64,000 bases of DNA from NCBI GenBank assembly GCA_964016885.1, contig OZ024744.1, positions 16,554,001 through 16,618,000 on the forward strand. Direction: 5' to 3'. Below are positions 39,640-53,500 of this stretch, in pieces (the first letter of the stretch is position 1; the number at the start of each line of letters is the position of its first letter). The stretch comes from Eledone cirrhosa (taxonomy: Eukaryota). The notes under the pieces are model-generated. The model ran no database searches, was not told the origin of the DNA, and worked only from the letters and a program-made list of their open reading frames with translations. Both the position numbers and the translations under genes were made by a program.

Positions 39640-42600
39640 TTCAGCTGAGGAATGTGTCCTGAGTTTACTGTAGTACTGTGTAATGTGTACTGTTCAGCTG
39701 ATGAATTTGTTCTGTGTTTACTGTAGTACTGTGTAAAGTATACTGTTCACCTGAAGAATGTGTCCTCTGTTTTCTGTAGTAATGTGTAAAGTGTAATGTT
39801 CAGCTGAAGAATGTGTCCTGTGTATACTGTAATACTGTGTAAATTGTACTGTTCACCTGAAGAATGTCTCCTGTGTTTACTGTAGTACTGTGTAAAATGT
39901 ACTGTTCACCTGAAGAATTTGTCGTGTTTACTATAGTACTGTGTGTAGTGTACTGTTCACCTGAAGAATGTGTCCTGTGTTTACTGTGGTACTGTGTAAA
40001 GTGTACTGTTCAGCTGAAGAATGTGTCCTGTGTTTACTGTAGAACTGTGTACAGTGTACTGTTCAGTTGAAGAATGTGTCCCGTGTTTACTCTATTACTG
40101 TGTAACGTGTACTGTTCACCTGAAGAAAGTGTCCTGTGTTTACTTTAGTACTGTGTACAGTGTACTGTTCACCTGAAGAATGTGTCATGTGTTTACTGTA
40201 GTACTATTTAATGTGTACTGTTCACCTGAAGAATGTGTCCTGTGTTTACTATAGTACTGTGTAACGTGTACTGTTCACCTGAAGAAAGTGTCCTGTGTTT
40301 ACTGTAGTACTGTGTACATGTACTGTTCACCTGAAGAATGTGTCCTGTGTTTACTGTAGTACCGTGTAAGGTGTACTGTTCAGCTGAGGAATGTGTCCTG
40401 TGTTTACCGTGGTACTGTGTAAAGTGTACTGTTCAGCTGAAGAATGTGTCCTGTGTTTACTGTAGTACTGTGTAAAGTGTACTGTTCATCTGAAGAATGT
40501 GTCCTGTGTTTATTGTAGTACTGTCTAAAGTGTACTGTTCACGTGAAGAATGTGTTCTGTGTTGACTGCAGTACTGTGTAAAGTGTACTGTTCAGCTGAG
40601 GAATGTGTCCTGTGTTTACTGTGGTACTGTGTAAAGTGTACTGTTCAGCTGAAGAATGTGTCCTGTGTTGACTGTAGAACTGTGTAAAGTGTACTGTTCA
40701 CCTGAAGAATGTGTACTGTGTTTACTGTAGTACTGTGTAAACGGTACTGTTCACCTGAAGAATGTGTTCTGTGTTGACTGCAGTACTGTGTAAAGTGTAC
40801 TGTTCACCTGAAGAATTTGTCCTGTGTTTACTGTAGTACTGTGTAAAGTGTACTGTTCACCTGAAGAATATGTCCTGTGTTTACTGTATTACTGTGTAAA
40901 TTGTACTGTACACGTGAAGAAGGTGTTCTGTGTTGACTGTAGTACTGTGTAAAGTGTACTGTTCAGCTGAGGAATGTTTCCTGCGTTTACTTTAGTACTG
41001 TGTAAAGTGTACTGTTCACGTGAAGAATGTGTTCTGTGTTGACTGTAGTACTGTGTAAAGTGTACTGTTCACCTGAAGAATATGTCCTGTGTTTACTGTA
41101 GTACTGTGTAAGGTGTACTGTTCACCTGAAGAATGTGTCCTGTGTTTACTGTAGTACTGTGTAAGGTGTAATGTTCACCTGAAGAATGTGTCCTGTGTTT
41201 ACTGTAGTACTGTGTAAAGTGTACTGTTCACCTGAAGAATGTGTCCTGTGTTTATTGTAGTACTGTGTAAAGTGTACTGTTCAGCTGAAGAATGTGTCCT
41301 GTGTTTACTGTAGTACTGTGTAAAGTGTACTGTTCACCTGACGAATGTGTCCTGTGTTTACTGTAGTACTGTGTAAAGTGTACTGTTCAGCTGAGGAATG
41401 TGTCCTGAGTTTACTGTAGTACTGTGTAATGTGTACTGTTCAGCTGATGAATTTGTTCTGTATTTAGTGTAGTACTGTGTAAAGTGTACTGTTCACATGA
41501 AGAATGTGTCCTGTGTTTGCTGTAGTACTGTGTCAAGTGTACTGTTCACCTGAAGAATGTGTCCTCTGTTTTCTGTAGTAATGTGTAAAGTGTAATGTTC
41601 AGCTGAAGAATGTGTCCTGTGTATACTGTAATACTGTGTAAAATGTACTGTTCACCTGAAGAATTTGTCGTGTTTACTATAGTACTGTGTGTAGTGTACT
41701 GTTCACCTGAAGAATGTGTCCTGTGTTTACTGTAGTACTGTGTAAAATGTACTGTTCACCTGAAGAATTTGTCGTGTTTACTATAGTACTGTGTGTAGTG
41801 TACTGTTCACCTGAAGAATGTGTCCTGTGTTTACTGTGGTACTGTGTAAAGTGTACTGTTCAGCTTAAGAATGTGTCCTGTGTTTACTGTAGAACTGTGT
41901 ACAGTGTACTGTTCAGTTGAAGAATGTGTCCCGTGTTTACTCTAGTACTGTGTAACGTGTTCTGTTCACCTGAAGAAAGTGTCCTGTGTTTACTGTAGTA
42001 CTGTGTACAGTGTAATGTTCACATGAAGAATGTGTCCTGTGTTTACTGTAGTACTGTTTAAAGTGTACTGTTCAGCTGAAGAATGTGTCCTGTGTTTACT
42101 GTAGTACTGTGTAACGTGTACTCTTCACCTGAAGAATGTGTCCTGTGTTTACTGTAGTACCGTGTAAGGTGTTCTGTTCAGCTGAGGAATGTGTCCTGTG
42201 TTTACCGTCGTACTGTGTAAAGTGTACTGTTCAGCTGAAGAATGTGTCCTGTGTTTACTGTAGTACTGTGTAAAGTGTACTGTTCACGTGAAGAATGTGT
42301 TCTGTGTTGACAGCAGTACTGTGTAAAGTGTACTGTTCAGCTGAGGAATGTGTCCTGTGTTTACTGTGGTACTGTGTAAAGCGTACTGTTCAGCTGAAGA
42401 ATGTGTCCTGTGTTTACTGTAGAACTGTGTAAAGTGTACTGTTCACCTGAAGAATGTGTCCTGTGTTTACTGTAGTACTGTGTAAATTGTACTGTTCACC
42501 TGAAGAATGTGTTCTGTGTTGACTGCAGTACTCTGTAAAGTGTACTGTTCAGCTGAAGAATGTGTTCTGTGTTTACTGTAGTACTATGTAAAGTGTACTG

Positions 42601-42960
42601 TTCACCTGAAGAATATGTCCTGTGTTTACTGTATTACTGTGTAAATTGTACTGTTCACGTGAAGAATGTGTTCTGTGTTGACTGTAGTACTGTGTAAAGT
42701 GTACTATTAAGCTGAGGAATGTTTCCTGCGTTTACTTTAGTACTGTGTAAAGTGTACTGTTCACGTGAAGAATGTGTTCTGTGTTGACTGTAGTACTGTG
42801 TAAGGTGTACTGTTCACCTGAAGAATGTGTCCTGTGTTTACTTTAGTACTGTGTAACGTGTACTGTTCACCTGAAGAATGTGTCCTGTGTTTATTGTAGT
42901 ACTGTGTAAAGTGTACTGTTCAGCTGAAGAATGTGTCCTCTGTTTACTGTAGTAACGTGT
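39640..42960. repeat. Older, more diverged ~1.85-kb (35-monomer) tandem duplication
   Basis: The 51-bp deletion monomer GAATTTGTCGTGTTTACTATAG is at ~39915 and ~41765. The two near-identical spurious ORFs (39864, 41714) are 1,850 bp apart (35x53 - 5, explained by three small deletions). Scattered substitutions separate the copies. Confidence 0.8.
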
Positions 42961-45049
42961 AAAGTGTACTGTTCAGCTGAAGAATGTGTGCTGTGTTTAC
43001 TGTAGTACTGTGTAAAGTGTACTGTTCACCTGAAGAAAGTGTCCTGTGTTTACTGTAGTACTGTGTAAAGTGTACTGTTCAGCTGACGAATGGTTCCTGT
43101 ATTTACTGTAGTAATGTGTAAAGTGTACTGTTCACCTGAAGTATGTGTCCTGTGTTTACTGTAGTACTGTGTAAAGTGTACTGTTCACCTGAAGAATGTG
43201 TCCTGTGTTTACTGTAGTACTGTGTAAAGTGTACTGTTCACCCGAAGAATGTGTCCTGTGTTTACTGTAGTACTGTGTAAAGTGTACTGTTCACCTGAAG
43301 AATGTGTCCTGTGTTTACTGTGGTACTGTGTAAAGTGTACTGTTCAGCTGAAGAATGTGTCCTGTGTTTACTCTAGTACTGTGTAAAGTGTACTGTTCAC
43401 CTGAAGAATATGTCCTCTGTTTAACATAGTAATGTGTAAAGTGTACTGTTCACCTGAAGAATGTGTCCTGTGTTTACTTTAGTACTGTGTAAAGTGTACT
43501 GTTCAGCTGAAGAATGTGTCCTGTGTTTACTGTAGTACTGTGTACAGTGTACTGTTCAGTTGAAGAATGTGTCCCGTGTTTACTGTAGTACTGTGTAATG
43601 TGTACTGTTCACATGAAGAATGTGTCCTGTGTTTACTGTAGTACTGTTTAAAGTGTACTGTTCACATGAAGAATGTGTCCTGTGTTTACTGTAGTACTGT
43701 GTAAAATGTACTGTTCACCTGAAGAATGTGTCCTGTGTTTACTCTAGTACTCTGTAACGTGTACTGTTAACCTGAAGAATGTGTCCTGTGTTTACTGTAG
43801 TACTGTGTAAAGTGTAATGTTCACCTGAAGAATGTGTCCTGTGTTTACTGTAGTACTGTGTAAAGTGTACAGTTCAGATGAAGAATGTGTCCTGTGTTTA
43901 GTGTAGTACTGTGTTAAGTGTACTGTTCACCTGAAGAATGTGTCCTGTGTTTACTGTAGTAACGTGTAAAGTGTACTGTTCACCTGAAGAATGTGTCCTG
44001 TGTTTACTGTAGTACTGTGTAAAGTGTACTGTTCAGCTGACGAATGTGTCCTGTGTTTACTGTTGTACTGTGTAAAGTGTACTGTTCACCTGAAGAATAT
44101 ATCGTGTGTTTACTGTAGTACTGTGTAAAGTGTACTGTTCAGCTGACGAATGGTTCCTGTATTTACTGTAGTAATGTGTAAAGTGTACTGTTCACCTGAA
44201 GTATGTGTCCTGTGTTTACTGTAGTACTGTGTAAAGTGTACTGTTCACCTGAAGAATGTGTCCTGTGTTTATTGTAGTACTGTGTAAAGTGTACTGTTCA
44301 GTTGAAGAATGTGTCCTGTGTTTACTGTAGTAACGTGTAAAGTGTACTGTTCACCTGAAGAATGTGTCCTGTGTTTACTGTAGTACAGTGTAAGGTGTAC
44401 TGTTCAGCTGAGGAATGTGTCCTGAGTATACTGTAGTACTGTGTAAAGTGTACTGTTCACCTGAAGAATGTGTCCTCTGTTTACTGTAGTACTGTGTAAA
44501 ATGTACTGTTCACCTGACGAAAGGGTCCTGTGTTTACTGTAGTACTGTGTACAGTGTACTGTTCACCTGAAGAATGTCTCCTGTGTTTACTTTAGTACTG
44601 TGTAAAGTGTACTGTTCACCTGAAGAATGTGTCCTGTGTTTACTGTAGTACTGTGTAAAGTGTAATGTTCACCTGAAGAATGTGTCCTGTGTTTACTGTA
44701 GTACTGTGTAAAGTGTACAGTTCAGATGAAGAATGTGTCCTGTGTTTAGTGTAGTACTGTGTTAAGTGTACTGTTCACCTGAAGCAAGTGTCCTGTGTTT
44801 ACTGTAGTAATGTGTAAAGTGTACTGTTCATTTCAAGAATATGTCCTGTGTTTACTGTAGTACTGTGTAAAAGTGTACTGTTCAGCTGAAGAATGTGTCC
44901 TGTGTTTACTTAAGTACTGTGTAATGTGTACTGTTCTCCTGAAGAATGTGTCCTGTGTTTACTGTAGTACTGTGTAATGTGTACTCTTCCTGTGAAGAAT
45001 GTGTCCTGTGTTTACTGTAGTACTGTGTGAATTGTACTGTTCACCTGAA

Positions 45050-45580
45050 GAATGTGTCGTGTGTTTACTGTAGTACCGTGTAAAGTGTACTGTTGACCTG
45101 AAGAATGTGTCCTGTGTTTACTGTAGTACTGTGTAACGTGTACTGTTCACCTGAAGAATGTGTCCTGTGTTTACTCTAGTACTGTGTAAAGTGTACTGTT
45201 CACCTGAAGAATATGTCCTCTGTTTAACATAGTAATGTGTAAAGTGTACTGTTCACCTGCAGAATGTGTCCTGTGTTTACTGTGGTACTGTGTAAAGCGT
45301 ACTGTTCAGCTGAATAATGTGTCGTGTGTTTACTGTAATACCGTGTAAAGTGTACTGTTGACCTGAAGAATGTGTCCTGCGTTTACTGTAGTACTGTGTA
45401 ACGTGTACTGTTCACCTGAAGAATGTGTCCTGTGTTTACTATAGTACTGTGTAAAGTGTACTGTTCACCTGAAGAATATGTCCTCTGTTTAACATAGTAA
45501 TGTGTAAAGTGTACTGTTCACCTGCAGAATGTGTCCTGTGTTTACTGTGGTACTGTGTAAAGCGTACTGTTCAGCTGAAG
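45050..45580. repeat. Local 5-monomer (265 bp) tandem duplication, recurring as a pair at ~49560-50090 and ~57370-57900
   Basis: TTGACC is at 45093 and 45358. The ordered variants GTCGTG/ACCGTG, TTGACC, TTAACATAG and CCTGCAG occur twice in each of the three places. Confidence 0.82.
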
Positions 45581-48500
45581 AATGTGTCCTGTGTTTACTG
45601 TAGTACTGTGTACAGTCTACTGTTCAGTTGCAGAATGTGTCCTGTGTTTACTGTAGTACTGTGTAACGTGTACTGTTCACCTGAAAAATGTGTCCTGTGT
45701 TTACTGTAGTACTGTTTAAAGTGTACTGTTCAGCTGAAGAATGTGTCCCGTGTTTACTGTAGTACTGTGTAACGTGTACTGTTCACCTGAAGAATGTGTC
45801 CTGTCTTTACTGTAGTACTGCGTAAAGTGTACTGTTCAGCTGAGGAATGTGTACTGTGTTTACTGTGGTACTGTGTAAAGTGTACTGTTCAGCTGAAGAA
45901 TGTGTTCTGTTTTTACTGTAGTAATGTGTAAAGTGTACTGTTCACCTGAAGAATGTGTCCTGTGTTTACTGTAGTACTGTGTAAAGTGTACTGTTCACGT
46001 GAAGAAAGTGTCCTGTGTTGACTGCAGTACTGTGTAAAGTGTACTGTTCACCTGAAGAATGTGTCCTGTCTTTACGTAAGTACTGTGTAATGTGTACTGT
46101 TCTCCTGAAGAATGTGTCCTGTGTTTACTGTAGTACTGTGTAAAGTGTACTGTTCACCTGAAGAATATATCGTGTGTTTACTGTAGTACTGTGTAAATTG
46201 TACTGTACACGTGAAGAATGTGTTCTGTGTTGACTGTAGTACTGTGTAAAGTGTACTGTTCAGCTGAGGAATGTTTCCTGCGTTTACTTTAGTACTGTGT
46301 AAAGTATACTGTTCACCTGAAGAATGTGTCCTGTGTTTACTGTAGTACTGTGTAAAGTGTACTGTTCAGCTGAAGAATGTTTCCTGTGTTTACTGTAGTA
46401 CTGTGTAAAGTGTACTGTTCACCTGACGAATGTGTCCTGTGTTTACTGTAGTACTGTGTAAAGTGTACTGTTCACCTGAAGAATGTGTCCTGTGTTTACT
46501 GTAGTACTGTGTAAAGTGTACTGTTCAGCTGAAGAATGTCTCCTGTGTTTACTGTAGTACTGTGTAAAGTGTACTGTTCACCTGAAGAATGTGTCCTGTG
46601 TTTACTGTAGTAATGTGTAAAGTGTGCTGTTCAGCTGAAGAATGTGTCCTGTGTTTACTGTAGTAATGTGTAAAGTGTACTGTTCACCTGAAGAATATGT
46701 CCCGTGTTTACTGTAGTACTGTGTAAAGTGTACTCTTCACCTGAAGAATGTGTCCTGTGTTTACTGTAGTACTGTGTAAAGTATAATGCACAGCTGAAGA
46801 AAGTGTCCTGTGTTTACTGTAGTACTGTGTAAAGTGTACTGTTCACCTGAAGAATGTGTACTGTGTTTACTGTAGTACTGTGTAAAGTGTACTCTTCACC
46901 TGAATAATGTGTCCTGTGTTTCTGTAGTACTGTGTAAAGTGTACTGTTCACCTGAAGAATGTGTCCTGTGTTTACTGTTTTACGCTGGTACTGTGTAAAG
47001 CGTACTGTTCACCTGACGAATGTGTCCTGTGTTTACTGTAGAACTGTGTAAAGTGTACTGTTCAGCTGAGGAATGTGTCCTGTGTTTTCTGTAGTAGTGT
47101 GTAAAGTGTACTGTTATCCTGATGAATCTGTCCTGTGTTTACTGTAGTACTGTGTAAGATGTACTGTTCAGCTAACTAATGGTTCCTGTGTTTACTGTAG
47201 TACCGTGTAAAATGTACTCTTCACCTGAAGAATGTGTCCTGTGTTTACTATCGTACTGTGTAAAGTCTACTCTTCACCTGAAGAATGTGTCCTGTGTTTG
47301 CTGCAGTACTGTGTAACGTGTACCGTTCAGCTGAAGAATGTGTCCTGTGTTTACTGTAGCACAGTGTAAAGTATACTGTTCACCGGAAGAATGTGTCCTG
47401 TGTTTACTGTAGTAATGCGTAAAGTGTACTGTTCACATGAAGAATGTGTCCTGTGTTTATTGTAGTACTGTGTAAAGTGTAGTGTTCAGCTGAAGAATGT
47501 GTCCTGTGTTTACTGTAGTACTGTGTAAATTGTACTGTTCACCTGAAGAATGTGTTCTGTATTGACTGCAGTACTCTGTAAAGTGTACTGTTCAGCTGAA
47601 GAATGTGTTCTGTGTTTACTGTAGTACTGTGTAAAGTGTACTGTTCACCTGAAGAATATGTCCTGTGTTTACTGTATTACTGTGTAAATTGTACTGTACA
47701 CGTGAAGAATGTGTTCTGTGTTGACTGTAGTACTGTGTAAAGTGTACTGTTCAGCTGAGGAATGTTTCCTGCCTTTAATTTAGTACTGTGTAAAGTGTAC
47801 TGTTCACGTGAAGAATGTGTTCTGTGTTGACTGTAGTACTGTGTAAAGTGTACTGTTCACCTGAAGAATGTGTCCTGTGTTTACTGTAGTACTGTGTAAC
47901 GTGTACTGTTCACCTGAAGAATGTGTCCTGTGTTTACTGTAGTACTGTGTAAAGTGTACTGTTCAACTGAAGAATGTGTCCTGTGTTTATTGTAGTACTG
48001 TGTAAAGTGTACTGTTCAGCTGAAGAATGTGTCCTCTGTTTACTGTAGTAACGTGTAAAGTGTACTGTTCAGCTGAAGAATGTGTGCTGTGTTTACTGTA
48101 GTACTGTGTAAAGTGTACTGTTCACCTGAAGAAAGTGTCCTGTGTTTACTGTAGTACTGTGTAAAGTGTACTGTTCAGCTGACGAATGGTTCCTGTATTT
48201 ACTGTAGTAATGTGTGAAGTGTACTGTTCACCTGAAGTATGTGTCCTGTGTTTACTGTAGTACTGTGTAAAGTGTACTGATCACCTGAAGAATGTGTCCT
48301 GTGTTTACTGTAGTACTGTGTAAAGTGTACTGTTCACCTGAAGAATGTGTCCTGTGTTTACTGTAGTACTGTGTAAAGTGTACTGTTCACCTGAAGAATG
48401 TGTCCTGTGTTTACTGTGGTACTGTGTAAAGTGTACTGTTCAGCTGAAGAATGTGTCCTGTGTTTACTCTAGTACTGTGTAAAGTGTACTGTTCACCTGA

Positions 48501-50529
48501 AGAATATGTCCTCTGTTTAACACAGTAATGTGTAAAGTGTACTGTTCACCTGAAGAATGTGTCCTGTGTTTACTGTGGTACTGTGTAAAGTGTACTGTTC
48601 AGCTGAAGAATGTGTCCCGTGTTTACTGTAGTACTGTGTAACGTGTACTGTTCACCTGAAGAATGTGTCCTGTGTTTACTGTAGTACTGTTTAAAGTGTA
48701 CTGTTCAGCTGAAGAATGTGTCCTGTGTTTACTGTAGTACTGTGAAACGTGTACTGTTAACCTGAAGAATGTGTCCTGTGTTTACTGTAGTACTGTGTAA
48801 AGTGTAATGTTCGCCTGAAGAATGTGTCCTGTGTTTACTGTAGTACTGTGTAAAGTGTACAGTTCAGATGAAGAATGTGTCCTGTGTTTAGTGTAGTACT
48901 GTGTTAAGTGTACTGTTCACCTGAAGAATGTGTCCTGTGTTTACTGTAGTAACGTGTAAAGTGTACTGTTCACCTGAAGAATGTGTCCTGTGTTTACTAT
49001 AGTACTGTGTAAAGTGTACTGTTCAGCTGACGAATGTGTCCTGTGTTTACTGTTGTACTGTGTAAAGTGTACCGTTCACCTGAAGAAAGTGTCCTGTGTT
49101 TACTGTAGTACTGTGTAAAGTGTACTGTTCACCTTTCGAATGGTTCCTGTATTTACTGTAGTAATGTGTAAAGTGTACTGTTCACCTGAAGTATGTGTCC
49201 TGTGTTTACTGTAGTACTGTGTAAAGTGTACTGTTCACCTGAAGAATGTGTCCTGTGTTTATTGTAGTACTGTGTAAAGTGTACTGTTCAGTTGAAGAAT
49301 GTCTCCTGTGTTTACTGTAGTAACGTGTAAAGTGTACTGTTCACCTGAAGAATGTGTCCTGTGTTTACTGTAGTACCGTGTAAGGTGTACTGTTCAGCTG
49401 AGGAATGTGTCCTGAGTATACTGTAGTACTGTGTAAAGTGTACTGTTCACCTGAAGAATGTGTCCTCTGTTTACTGTAGTACTGTGTAAAATGTACTGTT
49501 CACCTGACGAAAGGGTCCTGTGTTTACTGTAGTACTGTGTGAATTGTACTGTTCACCTGAAGAATGTGTCGTGTGTTTACTGTAGTACCGTGTAAAGTGT
49601 ACTGTTGACCTGTAGAATGTGTCCTGTGTTTACTGTAGTACTGTGTAACGTGTACTGTTCACCTGAGGAATGTGTCCTGTGTTTACTCTAGTACTGTGTA
49701 AAGTGTTCTGTTCACCTGAAGAATATGTCCTCTGTTTAACATAGTAATGTGTAAAGTGTACTGTTCACCTGCAGAATGTGTCCTGTGTTTACTGTGGTAC
49801 TGTGTAAAGTGTACTGTTCAGCTGAAGAATGTGTCGTGTGTTTACTGTTGTACCGTGTAAAGTGTACTGTTGACCTGAAGAATGTGTCATGTGTTTACTG
49901 TAGTACTGTATAACGTGTACTGTTCACCTGAAGAATGTGTCCTGTGTTTACTCTAGTACTGTGAAAAGTGTTCTGTTCACCTGAAGAATATGTCCTCTGT
50001 TTAACATAGAAATGTGTAAAGTGTACTGTTCACCTGCAGAATGTGTACTGTGTTTACTGTGGTACTGTGTAAAGCGTACTGTTCAGCTGAAGAATGTGTC
50101 CTGTGTTTACTGTAGTACTGTGTACAGTCTACTGTTCAGTTGAAGAACGTGTCCCGTGTTTACTGTAGTACTGTGTAACGTGTACTGTTCACTTGAAGAA
50201 TGTGTCCTGTGTTTACTGTAGTACTGTTTAAAGTGTACTGTTCAGCTGAAGAATGTGTCCCGTGTTTACTGTAGTACTGTGTAACGTGTACTGTTCACCT
50301 GAAGAATGTGTCCTGTTTTTACTGTAGTACTGCGTAAAGTGTACTGTTCAGCTGAGGAATGTGACCTGTGTTTACTGTGGTAGTGTGTAAAGTGTACTGT
50401 TCACGTGAAGAATGTGTCCTGTGTTGACTGCAGTACTGTGTAAAGTGTACTCTTCACCTGAAGAATGTGTCCTGTGTTTACTTAAGTACTGTGTAAAGTG
50501 TACTGTTCTCCTGAAGAATGTGTCCTGTG

Positions 50530-53500
50530 TTTACTGTAGTACTGTGTAAATTGTACTGTACACGTGAAGAATGTGTCCTGTGTTTACTGTAGTACTGTGT
50601 AAAGTGTACTGTTCACGTGAAGAATGTGTCCTGTGTTGACTGCAGTACTGTGTAAAGTGTACTGTTCAGCTGAGGAATGTTTCCTGCGTTTGCTTTAGTA
50701 CTGTGTAAAGTATACTGTTCACCTGACGAATGTGTCCTGTGTTTACTGTAGTACTGTGTAAAGTGTACTGTTCACCTGAAGAATGTGTCCTGTGTTTACT
50801 CTAGTACTGTGTAAAGTGTACTGTTCAGCTGAAGAATGTCTCCTGTGTTTACTGTAGTACTGTGTAAAGTGTACTGTTTAGCTGAAGAATGTGTCCTGTG
50901 TTTACTGTAGTAATGTGTAAAGTGTGCTGTTCAGCTGAAGAATGTGTCCTGTGTTTACTGTAGTAATGTGTAAAGCGTACTGTTCACCTGAAGAATATGT
51001 CCCGTGTTTACTGTAGTACTGTGTAAAGTGTACTCTTCACCTGAAGAATGTGTCCTGTGTTTACTGTAGTACTGTGTAAAGTATAATGCACAGCTGAAGA
51101 AAGTGTCCTGTGTTCACTGTAGTACTGTGTAAAGTGTACTGTTCACCTGAAGAATGTGTACTGTGTTTACTGTAGTACTGTGTAAAGTGTAATCTTCACC
51201 TGAAGAATGTGTCCTGTGTTTACTGTAGTACTGTGTAAAGTGTACTGTTCACCTGAAGAATGTGTCCTGTGTTTACTGTTTTACGCTGGTACTGTGTAAA
51301 GCGTACTGTTCACCCGACGAATGTGTCCTGTGTTTACTGTAGAACTGTGTAAAGCGTACTGTTCAGCTGAGGAATGTGTCCTGTGTTTTCTGTAGTAGTG
51401 TGTAAAGTGTACTGTTCACCTGACGAATGTGTCCTGTGTTTACTGTAGTACTGTGTAACATGTACTGTTCAGCTAACTAATGGTTCCTGTGTTTACTGTA
51501 GTACCGTGTAAAATGTACTCTTCACCTGAAGAATGTGTCCTGTGTTTACTATCGTACTGTGTAAAGTCTATTCTTCACCTGAAGAATGTGTCCTGTGTTT
51601 ACTGTAGCACAGTGTAAAGTATACTGTTCACCTGAAGAATGTGTCCTGTGTTTACTGTAGTAATGTGTAAAGTGTACTGTTCACCTGACGAATGTGTCCT
51701 GTGTTTACTGTAGTAATGCGTAAAGCGTACTGTTCACCTGAAGAATGTGTCCTGTGTTTACTGTAGTACTGTGTAAAGTGTACTGTTCACATGAAGAATG
51801 TGTCCTGTGTTTATTGTAGTACTGTGTAAAATGTAGTGTTCAGCTGAAGAATGTGTCCTGTGTTTAATGTAGGACTTTGTAAATTGTAATGTTCACCTGA
51901 AAAATGTGTCCTGTGTGTACTGTAGTACTGTGTAAAGTGTACCGTTCACCTTAAGAAAGTGTCCCATGTTTACTGTAGTACTGTGTAAAGTGTACTGTTC
52001 ACCTGAAGAACGAGTCCTGTGTTTACTGTAGTACTGTGTAAAGTGTACTGTTCACGTGAAGAATGTGTTCTGTGTGGACTGTAGTACTGTGTAAAGCGTA
52101 CTTTTCACCTGAAGAATGTGTCCTGTGTTTACTGTAGTACTGTGTAAGGTGTACTGTTCACATGAAGAATGTGTCCTGTGTTTACTGTAGTACTGTGTAA
52201 AGTGTACTGTTCACCTGAAGAATGTGTCCTGTGTTTATTGTAGTACTGTGTAAAGTGTACTGTTCAGCTGAAGAATGTGTCCTCTGTTTACTGTAGTAAC
52301 GTGTAAAGTGTACTGTTCAGCTGAAGAATGTGTGCTGTGTTTACTGTAGTACTGTGTAAAGTGTATTGTTCACCTGAAGAAAGTGTCCTGTGTTTACTGT
52401 AGTACTGTGTAAAGTGTACTGTTCAGCTGACGAATGGTTCCTGTATTTACTGTAGTAATGTGTAAAGTGTACTGTTCACCTGAAGTATGTGTCCTGTGTT
52501 TACTGTAGTACTGTGTAAAGTATACTGTTCACCTGAAGAATGTGTCCTGTGTTTACTGTAGTACTGTGTAAAGTGTACTGTTCACCTGAAGAATGTGTCC
52601 TGTGTTTACTGTAGTACTGTGTAAAGTATACTGTTCACCTGAAGAATGTGTCCTGTGTTTACTGTAGTACTGTGTAAAGTGTACTGTTCAGCTGAAGAAT
52701 GTTTCCTGTGTTTACTGTAGTACTGTGTAAAGTGTACTGTTCACCTGACGAATGTGTCCTGTGTTTACTGTAGTACTGTGTAAAGTGTACTGTTCACCTG
52801 AAGAATATGTCCTGTGTTTACTGTAGTACTGTGCAAAGTGTACTGTTCAGCTGAAGAATGTGTCCTGTGTTTACTGTAGTACAGTGTAAAGTGTACTGTT
52901 CACCTGAAGAATGTGTCCTGTGTTTACTGTAGTAATGAGTAAAGTGTGCTGTTCAGCTGAAGAATGTGTCCTGTGTTTACTGTAGTAATGTGTAAAGTGT
53001 ACTGTTCACCTGAATAATATGTCCCGTGTTTACTGTAGTACTGTGTAAAGTGTACTCTTCACCTGAAGAATATGTCCTGTGTTTACTGTAGTACTGTGTA
53101 AAGTGTACTCTTCACCTGCAGAATGTGTCCTGTGTTTACTGTGGTAATGTGTAAAGTGTACTGTTCAGCTGAAGAATGTGTCGTGTGTTTACTGTAGTAC
53201 CGTGTAAAGTGTACTGTTGACCTGAAGAATGTTTCCTGTGTTTACTGTAGTACTGTGTAACGTGTACTGTTCAGCTTAAGAATGTGTCCCGTGTTTTCTG
53301 TAGTACTGTGTAACGTGTACTGTTCACCTGAAGAATGTGTCCTGTCTTTACTGTAGTACTGCGTAAAGTGTACTGTTCAGCTGAGGAATGTGACCTGTGT
53401 TTACTGTGGTAGTGTGTAAAGTGTACTGTTCAGCTGAAGAATGTGTACTGTGTTTACTGTAGTACTGTGTAAAGTGTACTGTTCACCTGAAGAATGTGTC

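Noticed and set aside
21077-45709. Five Cys-rich + strand ORFs (63-83 aa) resembling metal-binding or keratin-associated peptides
   Set aside because: 53 is not a multiple of 3, so translation cycles every 159 bp as MCPVFTVVLCKVYCSPEECVLCLL*YCVKCTVHLKNVSCVYCSTV*SVLFT*R. The ORFs occur where point variants (TAG>TGG/TCG, TAA>TAC, TGA>TGC) or indels remove stops by chance. Cys richness reflects TGT content.
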